NCBI GenBank assembly: GCA_025360225.1
Contig: JANYCN010000077.1
Span: forward strand, 12,232-76,231
Reading direction: 5' to 3'
From: Actinomycetes bacterium
Lineage (GTDB): Bacteria > Actinomycetota > Thermoleophilia > Gaiellales > F1-60-MAGs149
DNA length: 64,000 nt
The notes beneath the pieces are model-generated. The model saw only the letters and a list, made by a program, of their open reading frames with translations, was not told the DNA's origin and ran no database searches. This document shows positions 9,994 to 21,300 of this stretch, in pieces; positions within the stretch are counted from its first letter, which is position 1, and each line of letters starts with the position of its first letter. A program made the position numbers and the translations under genes.

Positions 9994-10626
9994 ATGGACA
10001 GTTGCCGCGTTGTCGTGGCCGACGATCACCCGTTGTTTCGCGATGCCATGGTCGCGCTGCTCCGGGAGGTGCCCGGCGTGGAGGTAGTCGCCGAGGTGTC
10101 GTCGGGGCGCGCGGCGATCGCAGAGATTCGCGCGCGCGATCCGGACGTGGCCGTCGTTGATCTTCGGATGGCGGATGGGGACGGCGTTCACGTGTGTCGT
10201 GCTGTGACGCGTGAGGGGTTGCGCGCGCGCGTGCTCATCGTGTCGGGTTACGATGACCCAGAACTAGTCCACGCTGCGCTCGCCGCTGGGGCGCGTGGGT
10301 ACGTCGCGAAGGACAGCCCGCGCCTCGAGCTCGCGCGTGCGTTCCGCGCGGTTGCCGCCGGTGGCACGGCAGTTGGAGCTGCGCTCCTCGCCGAGGCTAC
10401 CGGCAGGCTGCGCCACGTCGAGTCCGGCCGGCCTCTCCTGTCCGGTCGCGAACGCGCCGTGCTGGCGCTTCTCGCCGAGGGCGAGAGCGCACCGGAGATC
10501 GCCCAGCGGCTTGGGCTTGCGACCAGCACGGTGAAGTCGCACCTCGCGAACATGTACGAGAAGCTCGGCGTTTCCGATCGAGCGGCGGCGGTGGCCGAGG
10601 CGATGCGTCGCGGGTTGCTCCGGTAG
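9994..10626 (+). CDS. two-component response regulator, NarL/LuxR family
   Basis: Receiver domain (VVVADDHPLFR, phospho-acceptor context VAVVDLRMADGDG) plus a LuxR HTH (ESAPEIAQRLGLATSTVKSHLANMYEKLGV). Confidence 0.88.
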   Translation: MDSCRVVVADDHPLFRDAMVALLREVPGVEVVAEVSSGRAAIAEIRARDPDVAVVDLRMADGDGVHVCRAVTREGLRARVLIVSGYDDPELVHAALAAGARGYVAKDSPRLELARAFRAVAAGGTAVGAALLAEATGRLRHVESGRPLLSGRERAVLALLAEGESAPEIAQRLGLATSTVKSHLANMYEKLGVSDRAAAVAEAMRRGLLR

Positions 10627-10631
10627 ACCGG

Positions 10632-11825
10632 ATGGCCAGCGTTCCGACGACCGACGCCGACCGCATGACGGCGACGCTCCGCCTGGTGATCGGTCCGATC
10701 GTCCTCGTAGGCGAGACGGTCGCATCGGCAGCCCCTGACCCCGGTGAGATCGTCGACGAGGACGTCGTCCTGCTCGCCGTTGGCCTCATCGTCTACGCGC
10801 TGGCCGTGCGCGTGCTCGTCCGAGGGAGAACGCGGCCGCGGGTGCTCGATCGCGTGACGCCACTTCTCGACATCGCGTTCGCCGTCGCGCTTGGCTTCGC
10901 CTCCGGCGGCCCCTTCAGCTTCCTCTCCCTCGTCTTCCTGTTCGCGCCGGCTGCAACGGCGTTCCAGCTTCGTCCCCGTCTAACGGCGCTGACCTCCGCC
11001 ATCAGCATCGCCGCCTTCTTCCTCCACGGGGCTGCGCATCCCAGCTCTGGTCGTCCGGGCGCCCTTGCCGAGCTCGTCGCCCGGACGATTTACATCTCCT
11101 GGGGTGGCGGGGTTCTCGTTGCGCTCTCCGCGCTCCTTGCACGCCGGGAAGCGCGGCTGCAGCAGGTTCTCGCGGAGCGGCGGTTGCTCGTGCGGGAGCG
11201 CCTTGGGGCAGATGACCGGGCGCGGACGAAGATCGCCCGCGACCTCCACGACGGCGTCCTTCAAAGCATCCTTGCGGTGCGCCTGACGCTGACCGCGGGT
11301 GCGGGAGACGATCGGTCGCGCGATCACCTCGTCGACGTGCTGGGCCAGGTGGTGGCCGACATGCGCGGGCTGATCGGCGAGCTACATCCGAGGGTTCTTG
11401 AGCAGGTGGGACTTCAGGCCGCGTTGACGTCGTTGCTGCGCGGTGCGGGTGAGCGGTCTCCGGGTATCGACATCGCCTCCACGCTGATCGACGACCTACC
11501 GGGTGGCCCGCACGACGAGGTGCTCTACCGAGCAGCGGTCGAGCTCGTGTCGAACGTCGCATCGCACGCTCGCGCGACGCGGATGGCGCTGTCGCTGCGC
11601 GCAGATGATGGTTGGCGCGTGCTCGTTGTCGAGGACGACGGGGTCGGGCTGGACCGCGCGACGCTTCCGGCCCGTCTCGAGGAGGGGCACATCGGGCTGC
11701 TGTCGCTTGACGAGCGCGTCCAGGCAGTGGGCGGCAACGTCGTGATGACCGCCGCCGTCGGAGGCGGACTCGTCGTGACGGTCAGCGTTCCGGTTGAACG
11801 CTCTCACAACATGTCAACTACATGA
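10632..11825 (+). CDS. membrane sensor histidine kinase, HisKA_3 type
   Basis: Several N-terminal hydrophobic segments, H-box ARDLHDGVLQS, ATPase boxes (VSNVASHA, VEDDGVGL). Starts 5 nt after the regulator gene. Confidence 0.82.
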   Translation: MASVPTTDADRMTATLRLVIGPIVLVGETVASAAPDPGEIVDEDVVLLAVGLIVYALAVRVLVRGRTRPRVLDRVTPLLDIAFAVALGFASGGPFSFLSLVFLFAPAATAFQLRPRLTALTSAISIAAFFLHGAAHPSSGRPGALAELVARTIYISWGGGVLVALSALLARREARLQQVLAERRLLVRERLGADDRARTKIARDLHDGVLQSILAVRLTLTAGAGDDRSRDHLVDVLGQVVADMRGLIGELHPRVLEQVGLQAALTSLLRGAGERSPGIDIASTLIDDLPGGPHDEVLYRAAVELVSNVASHARATRMALSLRADDGWRVLVVEDDGVGLDRATLPARLEEGHIGLLSLDERVQAVGGNVVMTAAVGGGLVVTVSVPVERSHNMSTT

Positions 11826-12312
11826 CAGGTTTGTCATAAACATGAGACGGGAATGAGCCTGGATGGCGCCCGATCCGGCCACGGTATCGCTCTTCCTCCA
11901 CTACATCCGAACGTCCTAGCAGTCGATCACCTATCGGGATCCCTCATCGTACGCTGTGAATCTGGAGGCGAAACTCATCCGAATGAAGGAGACGCGTTCC
12001 CTCATCCGGAGAGGTTCGACGCACGTTGCTGGGTGCGCGGTCACCGCGGGAGCTCGTTCGCCTCTGGTGGTCTCCCGGCGAGCTGGCGGCTCGCGGTGCA
12101 GCCGTCCCGAAACGTGGGAGGAAAATGACAGCTTGTCAGAACCTGTGGAAATCTTTCTGACAGGGATGTAGGGTGGTCTCGCTCCCTCCTCTCTCCAGAC
12201 GGGGGAAGCAAGAGACGGACATGCGGGTCGTCGGCACCACGGTGCTTGGGCGGCCTGACGGCCCCTGCGCGCCAGATCAAGGAGCAAGGCGAATGCGTAC
12301 CGGAGACCTCAC
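11822..12312 (+). promoter_or_regulatory. 487-bp AT-richer leader/promoter region of the giant-protein operon, with TGACA/TGTCA palindromes
   Basis: ATGACAGGTTTGTCAT (11822-11837); TGACAGCTTGTCA (12126-12138); TGTCAGAA (12134-12141) / TTCTGACA (12155-12162). CTCATC(C/G) occurs three times between 11943 and 12007. A run of short GC hairpins lies at 12018-12110. Confidence 0.5.
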
Positions 12313-15300
12313 ATGAGCGCGCTTGGAACGGCGAGGCGCTCGCTCCTCCTCTCGGTCGTCCTCGGCCTTCTGCTCGCCGTTCCCGTGTGGGCTGACCAGG
12401 TCAAGATCGACATGCGCGAGGGCCGAACCGTCTGGGATCCCGCGCAGCAGTCCGTTCTCGTGCATGACTTCGACACGCTCGCGGAAGGCATCGGCAACAC
12501 CCGTTGGGACGGCACCTACTACTGGACGATCCTCCACGACGTCACCTCTGACCCGTACGACTCGACCCGCCACTGCAGCCCGGCCGCTGCGTTGCTCGCG
12601 AGTCAGGGCATCAACGTCGACCACATGACGCCGGCGCAGGCGCAGGGGACCGGCGTGACCGACGCTCAGCGTGGCGCGCTGGCCGAGGCGTACGCCGCCT
12701 ACCCGGGATCGTGCAACTGGCCCTCGATTCACACGATCGCGCCGGGCGCGACGCCGTTTGCCGCGATTCTCGACCCGACGCAGCTCGATCCGACCTCCAC
12801 AGCGCAGTACGTGACGAACTCCGGGACGCAGGATGACCTGAACGCGACGAAGAGCGTCGCGAACCTCCCGGACGGGAAGTACATGATCGCCTCCTGGGCG
12901 ACGAACAAGTCCGGGAACGCGAGCTACGAGGTCGGCGGCGGCTACTTCTGGATCGCCTGCGACCCCGCGACCGCCGTCGCGACGGGGTGTGACACCACGG
13001 CGCCGGCGCCGGTCGACGTCGCCCCGCCGCGTGTCACGTACGCCGGCAACGGCGACACGTCTGGGGGAACGACCCTCGCCTTCACCGACCCGGCCTTCCC
13101 GGATCCGTCGGTTCCCGGGAAGTCGCCCGTCGGGATGGTCGTGCTCGTGACCGGCGACCCGAAGTACGCCGACTCGATGTACCTCGTCGTCGGCGCGACG
13201 AAGGTCGCCACGGGGCGCGTCGTGATCACCCTCGGTGGCACCACGACGGGTACCCCGTACGCGACGAGGTTCCCGAGCGACCTCGCGGTGCCGACGAACG
13301 TCAGCTTCGAACTGCGCAGCGCGCCCGCCAATTACAAAGACATGATGAACGTCCAGGTCTTCCAGGAGCTGAACCCGCTGCCGACTGCGACCTACCGCGT
13401 CGACGTCTTCAACGACACCTCGAAGGTGAACGGCGAGTACGACCGGCAGACGGAGATCGGCTTGAACGGCTTCAAGGCGATCCTCACGGACATCACCGGC
13501 AACGCCGTCACGATCAACTACTACGGCGACCAGATCTGCACGGAGTACGAGCCGATCTACGTGCTCGCCCACCCGACGCGCGCCTGGGACGCCGTGACGA
13601 ACCCGGTCGTCGTGCAGATGGACGCGAACCACCAGTCGGTATACCAGCTCTACGACGCTGCCAAGAACCGGCTCTACCGCACCTTCAGCGTCGCGGAGGA
13701 CTCGACCAACCGGTTCGTCGCCGACGCGCTTGGCAACCCGAAGCCCGACCTCGACACCACCGGTCAACCGTTCTTCCTCCCGGCCCAGGTGTCGGTCGGG
13801 GCCTGGCAGGACTCGGGCACGAAACCACGGCCGATCACTGGCTCGGGGGGGCTCTGCCTCTCTCACGATGTTCCCGTGAACAGCGAGACCGGCGCGCCGC
13901 TGCCGGAGATCGAGACGCGCGGGCACATCGTCATTCGCGACCTCGAACCGGGGCGCTACTCGACCCTCGTGACCCCGACGACGCAGGTCGACGGCGTGAA
14001 CGGCTCGCTCCCGTTCCATCCGACCTGGTCGCAGACGACGACGCTCGAGGGTGCCCACGACTGGGACCAGTGGCTGGTGGCAGGCGACACCGGGTACGAC
14101 CACGAGTTCGTCAATGGCACGGAGAAGGTCACGCCCGTCACCTCGGGCTGGGTCGAGCAGACCGGTGACCTTCCCGGGCTCGACCACCAGTTCACCGCGA
14201 GCAGCGCTGCGGGTGCCACGCCGTTCCCAGGCGTCGACGCGATCGGCCAGCCGATCGCGGTGAACGGCAGCACCACGACGGTGAAGAACGTCGTTGGCGC
14301 GAACGTCTCTCTCGCCGATGGAGTCGGGAGGAGCTCGGGCAGCTGGACCGTCAGCTGGCCCGTGAACTACTCCACGTCGGGGACGGTGGCGATTGCGACG
14401 ACGGCGGGGAACCCCGGCCTCGTCGCGCTCGATGGCATCCCGGCCTACGCCGTTGGTGCGAAGCTCCACCTCGGCTCCCAGACGTTCACGATCGCGACGG
14501 TGTCGGGAGACGCGCTGACGATCGTGCCCCCGCTCCCGCTGCCGCCGCCTCCGCCGCCTCCCGGCGCGACCGGCTTTCCCGCCACGATTCCCGCCGGCAC
14601 GCCGTTCACGATCGACGGGTACCTGCCGACGAGCGGACAGATCGTCCCGACGCCCGCCCTCGGCGAGATCCACGGCACCGTCAGCGACAACTTCTCCTAC
14701 ACGCAGGACCCCGTGAACGCCAACTACCTCGGCTTCGGCGACGGCGCCCAAACCGCCGTGCGGTCAGAGTCGAAGCTCGAGGTGTCGCTCGTCGATCTGA
14801 ACAACGGCGACACGATGGTCTACCAGAGGTCGTTCTTCGTCGAGGACCCGGCGAACGCCCTGAAGGCGGGGGAGTACGACATCCCGAACGTGCCCGCTGG
14901 GGACTACGAGATCTCGTTCTGGGACTTCGCCCAGAACGAGCTGCTCTTCTCGCGCAACGTTACCGTCTCGCCCGGTGAGACGGGGTCAACGAAGCGCGTT
15001 GAGCTCGACAACACGCCGCTCGTCGGGTGGTGGACGGAGATCTCCGGCTACGTCTTCGATGACCGGAACGGTAACGGCAAGCAGGACTACACCGACACGA
15101 ACCACAACGGGCACTGGGACGTCGGTGAACCGGGCGAGCCGGGGATCTCGAACTTCTTCCTCTCCGTCCGTGCCCGCGAGAACACGCTCTTCGAGCAGGG
15201 CGCGAACACTGCGACGACCGACCAGAACGGCCACTACGTGCTGCGCGCCGCCTATCCGGTTGGCCAGTGGGTCGTGCTCGAGGCCTACATGGACGGGTAC

Positions 15301-18300
15301 AAGACGACCGGGATCACGGAGCAGGCGCCGAACGAGCCACACGCGACGACGATGCTCGGCGGCGCGGTCGACGTGAACGTCCTGCCCTTCTTCTCGCAGG
15401 GCCTGACCGTCGACTGGGGCAAGCAGTCCTACGCGACTGGCGAGAACGGCGGCATCGTCGGCACCGTCAGCTACGGCACGACCCGCAACGAGACCGACCC
15501 GGCGCTCGCCGTCTTCGAGGACTGGCAGCCGGGGATCCCGAACATCTGGACGCACCTGTTCCGGCCACAGCTCGATCCGACGACAGGCAAGCCTGTGTTG
15601 GACAACAGCGCGACGCAGACAGGTTGCGACGTCTGCAGGGGCGACGGATCGGTCCTCGTCGTCGACACGGGCGGCAAGGTTGTCAACCAGCATGACGTGG
15701 TTTCCACCGTCGCCCTTGATGACGGCAACACCTACGACGTCGACAGCCTCGGCTACATCATCGATGCCGGACCCTCCTACCGCTCCGAGACGTGGCAGCG
15801 ACCGGTGGCCTGCGGTCCCGTGAACGCGGCCGATCCCGCTGGCAAGCCCCTCGCCATAGGCTCGACCTACTCTGCGGACGGGAAGAAGATCAGCTACCCG
15901 TGGATGCCGGACTTCGCGCAGTACCTTCTCGGTACCGGGGCGAACGCGACGCTCGACAACCAGAAGGGCTGCGTCGAAGGGCCTGCGGCGGCGACGAAGA
16001 TCGGGCTCGTCGATCCGACCGCGACCGACAGCCCGTGGGGCGCAACGGTGAACGGCAACTACGCGCTCGGCGACGTCTGGGATCCACTGCGCCTACCCGG
16101 AATAAACCCTGCTGCGGCCTCGGCAACGCCCGCCACGCTCGGTCGCCTCCCCCAGGGCACCTACCTCGTCAAGGTCGACCTGCCGCGCGATCGAAGCGGC
16201 AAGCCGATCCTTGAGGTCACGAAGGAAGAGGACGTCAACGTCTACACGGGGGACCACTTCACGACGCCGAGCGCGATCCACTACGACTGCGGCGGCGAGA
16301 AGCACATCGTCGACGTCGCTGGCGGCGGCGGCCCGTACACCGGCGACGCTCGGATCGGGCGCGGCGCGACCTACAACGGCGCGGTTGACAACCCCGGCCT
16401 GCTGAGCTTGCACGGCAGCCCCTACCAGGGGATGGCGAAGCCGGTCTGCGATTCCCGCATCGTCAAGGTCACGGACGGGCGCTCCGTCGCGCCGGGCTTC
16501 GAGCTCTTCACGAAAGTGCCCCTGCCGGGCGTGCACTTCGGCGTGATGATGGACGATCTCAACGTCAACGTCGACCCGGTGCACAGCTTCTACGGCGACC
16601 AGTCGACGATCCCGCACCTGCCCGTCTCCTGGTACGACTTCGCGGGCCGGCTCGTGCGACAGACGGTCACCGACCCGAACGGGTTCTACGAGGTGATGCT
16701 GCCGTCCACGAACCGGATCTCGAACCCGAGCCCGTCCGGCGTCTCCGCGCAGGCGTACACGATCGCGGCGAACGACCCGGGCTCCGTGAACGCGGCCGTC
16801 GGTCCAACGATTGCCAACCCGCGACCCACCAAGCCGAACCCTGACTTCAACCGCGCGTACCGCACGATCACGGGCGCCTTCCAGCTGTACCCGGGCGTGT
16901 CGTACGTGACCGATCTCGCCCTGTGGGGCGCCAACGTCGCGATCGACGCCCCGGGCACGCAGACGATCAAGCCGGCGCAGTGCATGCTCGACCTCGCCAC
17001 GCCGCAGCTGTTTGCGACTGACCGGGTCTGGGCGAACGCCTCAACCGGCGGCACCTTCACGCTCAGCGGCGAGGGCTTCGGGAACACCCCCGGGTCGCTG
17101 CGCCTCGTCAACGAGGACGCCGTGAGCGCTGGCCGTACCGGTAGTGTCACCTCCTACGGCTCCCGCGGAACGGTCAACTCGACCAGCGGGGGGAACCTCG
17201 ACTCGAACGTCGCCTACGCGCTTGGCGGCACGATCGTGCAGTCGGGGCTCGCAGGGACCAGTCGTGCCGGGACGATCGGAACGACCACCTCGATCCCCGT
17301 CACGGCCACCGTCTTGTCGGGCGCGGCTGACTCGATCGGCGTCGCCGCAGCTGGCCTCACAGGTCGTACCTCGGTGGGCGCAATCGTTGGCGCGGGTGTG
17401 ACAAGGACGGTAACCGTCTCCGGCGCTTCTCTCACTGCGAGCGGCCTGATCGGCGGGCGGATCGTGATCGGCGCGGTGACCGGCAACGTCACCGCGAACA
17501 CGACGACGACGATCAACTTCAACGGCGCGACCGGGACGAACCCGGCGGCGGGAACGGCGATCACCGTCTCGGCCTACAACGCGAACAACGGCGTGGTCCT
17601 GCTCTACGGCAGCCCGACGCCGACGGCCATCGTCTCAGGCATGTACCTCGCCGGCGGTGGCGTCACGGGCGTGGTTGCCTCCACGTCCAGCATCTCCGCC
17701 ACCACCGCCAGCTCGATCACGCTGCGTGCGGCGAACCCGCCCCGAACCACCGGCGAGGTTGACATCCCCTTCAGCGCCCTCGTCGGCGGATACAACGCCA
17801 ACACGACGGGCGGCGGCGGGGGCGCCACGGTCCGCACCATCTACTGGACGAATGGTCTCGCCGCCAACAGCCTCGCCGGCACGCGCGTCGCCGGTGGCGG
17901 CATTGCCGGCACAGTGTCGGCGAACACGACGAGCACCATCACCCTCGCCGCTGGCGCGACCGGCGTGAGTAACGCCACGGCCTTCTCGTTCTCGCTCGGT
18001 GGCTACAACGCAAGCACCCGCACGCTCTACACCACCAACAGCGTCGCGGGCGTGGCCCCAGGAATGTACCTGGACGGGGGCACCGTGACGGGTGCCGTTG
18101 TAAGCACCACCACCGGCGGCACGTTCAACAGCGTCACCCTCGGCACGACGAACCCGGCGCCGACCGGGGCGAGCACCGACCCGGGCCTCGCGGCCACCGT
18201 CGGCGGCTACAACGCCAGCACACGGACGCTGTTCACCACCGGGCTCACCGCCGGCGCGCTCACGGGGCTGGCGCTGAGCGCCAACGGCGGCGCGATCAAC

Positions 18301-21300
18301 GGCACCGTCTCCGCGAACACGCCGACGACGATCACGCTGACGGCCCCCACGACGGGATTCTCGACCGCCGCCGCTGTTGGCTTCTCCGCCTCGAGCTTCA
18401 ACGGACAGGTCGTCGCGGTTCCTGCCAACACGCTCGTTGCCGGCTCCCTTGTCGGCGCGACGCTCGTCATCAACTCGACGTCTGGCATCATCGCGTCGAA
18501 CACCGCCTCGTCGATCACGCTCACAGCGAACGTTGGCGCCGCCACCACGAACGCCGTTTCCTTCTCGGTGGCGAACGTCCTCGTCGCGGCCATCAACACC
18601 AACGGGCTCGCCGGACAGTGGGTGATCACCGGGACAACGCCGACCGCGTTCGAGGGGCGCATCCTCAACGCGAACGCGACTGCAGGACCACAACGATGGA
18701 TGGTCATCGACCCGACCAGCGTCATCGGCACCCTCCCGACCGCTGGGACGGTGTTCGGCCTGTTCAACCCCGTTCTCCCGGCCTTCACTCCGGCGGGGCT
18801 CGCGGGACGCACGCTGGCCAACGGCGCCGTCACGGTCGACCTATCGACCTTCACCGCGACCGTGCTGACCAACACGAGCACCACGGTGAACCTGGCCTCG
18901 GTTGGCACCCAGGTGCCGCCGATGCCTGGCCTCGCCCTCCACGTGCGCGGCGACCTGACCGTGGCGATGAACAACAGTCCCTTCGCCGCCGGCACCCTCG
19001 CGGGACTCGTGCTCCGGCGGACAGACAACAGCACGATCGGGACGATCCTCAGCAACACCGCAAGCAGCGTCGTCCTTGCGTCGGCGAGCCTCATAGGAGC
19101 GATCCCGGGCACCGGCAGCACGGTCTACGCCGACAACGGCGTGATCACCGTCGCAGGTCCACCGCTTGTCGCAGGGACGCTCGTCGGATCGCTCACCATC
19201 ACGAGCGGCGCCGACACCGGCTTCACAGCGACGATCCTCGGGAACACCACCTCGACGATCACGATCGACCTCGCCACGGCTTCGCCTACAACCCTGCCGA
19301 CGTTGCGACCATCGGTGGGTGACACCTTCTCGGTGACGGGTGGCCAGACGATCAGTGCCACCGCAACGAACGTGGTCTGGTCGGACACCTCGATCAGCTT
19401 CACCATCGCCGCTGGCGTTCGCCCAGGCCCGTACCAGCTCTACGTCGTCAGCGCGAACGGCCAGCAGACGGTGAACGGCGTGACGCTGCACCTGATCGGT
19501 GGCGTCGGATCTGGCTACTTCATAGCGCCGAACCGGATCCTCGAGGTCGGACCGGGCCGGCAGTTTGATCCAACGCTTGCACAAGTGACCGGAACGCTTG
19601 CCGGTCCGCCCGGTGCGCCCTCGGCGAACGGCGACGTGACCGTTCCGCTCGCCGAGAGCGTTGTCGGCGACCTGACCGGTCTCACGTTCCGGGTCACGGA
19701 CGGCGCTGCGCTCGACTACACGGGCACGATCCGCTCGAACACGGCGACCAGCGTCACGCTCCGCGGCGACGCGCTTGTCAGCGCGAACCCAGACATCGTG
19801 CCTGCGAGCGTCCCTGCGCCTGGCGACACGTACTCGATCCGCCGTGGTCGGGGGATCCAGGACGCTATCAACACCGCCGCGGGCATACCGTCCGTAACGC
19901 CGGAGGGCAACCTTGGCGCCCTCGACAACTCGCCGGCGCTCGTCGTGGTCTATCCGGGACAGCCGGACATGGTCTACGACCCCGCCGGGCAGAGCCAGAG
20001 CAACGTCAACCCGCGAGGGGTGTACTTCGAGAACGTCGTTGTGCCGACCGACATCAAGATCCAGGGCGTAGGGCCCGGCGGCGTTCGCGCCGCGGGCGAT
20101 GCCGTCCCGGGCACCGTCGTCGATGGCTCCCAGTTCGTGATCAAGGACGGTGGCCGTTACGCCGTTGACTGGTACAACCTCGCCCTGTACGCTCAGGCCT
20201 CCAACGGCAATTCGAGCCCGATCGCCGACGGCTCGACGATCTACGAGCTGCCGGGGCATACCGACCTCTCGCCCGTGAACGGCGCGGCGGCCAGCGCGCT
20301 TGGCTGGCCTCGGACGCGCACAGCGGGCGGCGGATTCGCCACCGACGTCTACACCAACGCCACCAACGCCCCCGGGGTCGTGCAGGTCTCTGGAGGCACC
20401 GCGACGACAGCTGGGCTCGGGACGGCGCCACTCGCCCTCGTCACCGACCCACTCACCGTGCCGGCGAGCGGAACGATCACCGTGCGCTACCGCACGGGCG
20501 GCGGCGTGTTCGGACGGGCGAGCCTGTTCGTCCACCAGTTTGGCGCCAGCTTCAAGGCGGGCGTCGACGGCCTCTCGATCGAGGGCGGCGACATGCTCGA
20601 GTTCCCGACGAACCTGAACGGGAACGGCGGCGGCCCGCTGCCGCGGCGGGTGCTCTCCGTCGGACAGCCCGTCACGCAAGGCGGCGGGATCTTCGCCGAC
20701 ATGTACGCGAGCTTCCTGCAGCTAAAGAACAACATGATCACCGGTAACTCCGGCAGCTACGGCGGAGCGATCCGCCTCGGCACGCCGAACGTGCAGAACC
20801 CGAGCCACGCTGTCGGAGGCGCGTTCACCGATGACCTGTCAAACGAGAACAACGACGTCCGGATCGCGAACAACCAGGTCAACGCCAATGGCGGCGGCCG
20901 GCTCGCCGGCGCGATCGGCATCTTCAACGGCGCCGACCGCTTCGAGCTGGCCCGCAACGAGATCTGCGGTAACTACTCCGCGGAGTACGGCGCCGGCATC
21001 GGCGTCTTCGGACACTCGCCGTCCGGGGTGATCCACTACAACCGCGTCTACTTCAACCAGAGCCTCGACGAGGGCGCTGGCATCTTCATCGCTGGCCAGC
21101 TTGCGACACCGCGCCCGCTCTCGAACCAGCCGGTCAACGGGCAGCTCGCGACCGTCCCCGGCTGGAGCCAGGGCACCGGGCCCGAGACGATCGACGCCAA
21201 CGTCGTCCAGTCCAACCTCGCGAACGACGACGGGGGCGGCATCCGCTTCCTGATGGCCGGCAGTGACCCGCAGACGGTCACGAACAACATCATCGCCAAC

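Noticed and set aside
12018-12110. Considered a c-di-GMP riboswitch, because the window encodes PilZ proteins.
   Set aside because: I could not match the sequence to the conserved cores of the c-di-GMP-I/II classes as I remember them. I left it only as an unclassified structured leader.
11853-12128. 91-aa ORF inside the leader of the giant operon.
   Set aside because: It has no recognisable motifs, atypical composition for this genome and no SD. The region is better explained as a non-coding regulatory leader.
12277-14751. 824-aa antisense ORF opposite the giant gene. Similar long antisense or alternative-frame ORFs occur elsewhere (e.g. 3910..5361, 5862..7637, 6889..8277, 18841..20679, 22731..24641, 53708..55495, 54709..56526).
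   Set aside because: They are Arg/Gly/Asp/Ala-rich low-complexity translations, typical of stop-codon-poor frames in ~70% GC DNA. Each lies opposite or inside a gene with clear family motifs.
17446-19773. Checked whether the repetitive part of the giant gene is a DNA-level tandem repeat or CRISPR-like array.
   Set aside because: The units are variable in length and diverged at nucleotide level, and they lie in one continuous reading frame. It is a protein repeat, not a CRISPR or satellite array.
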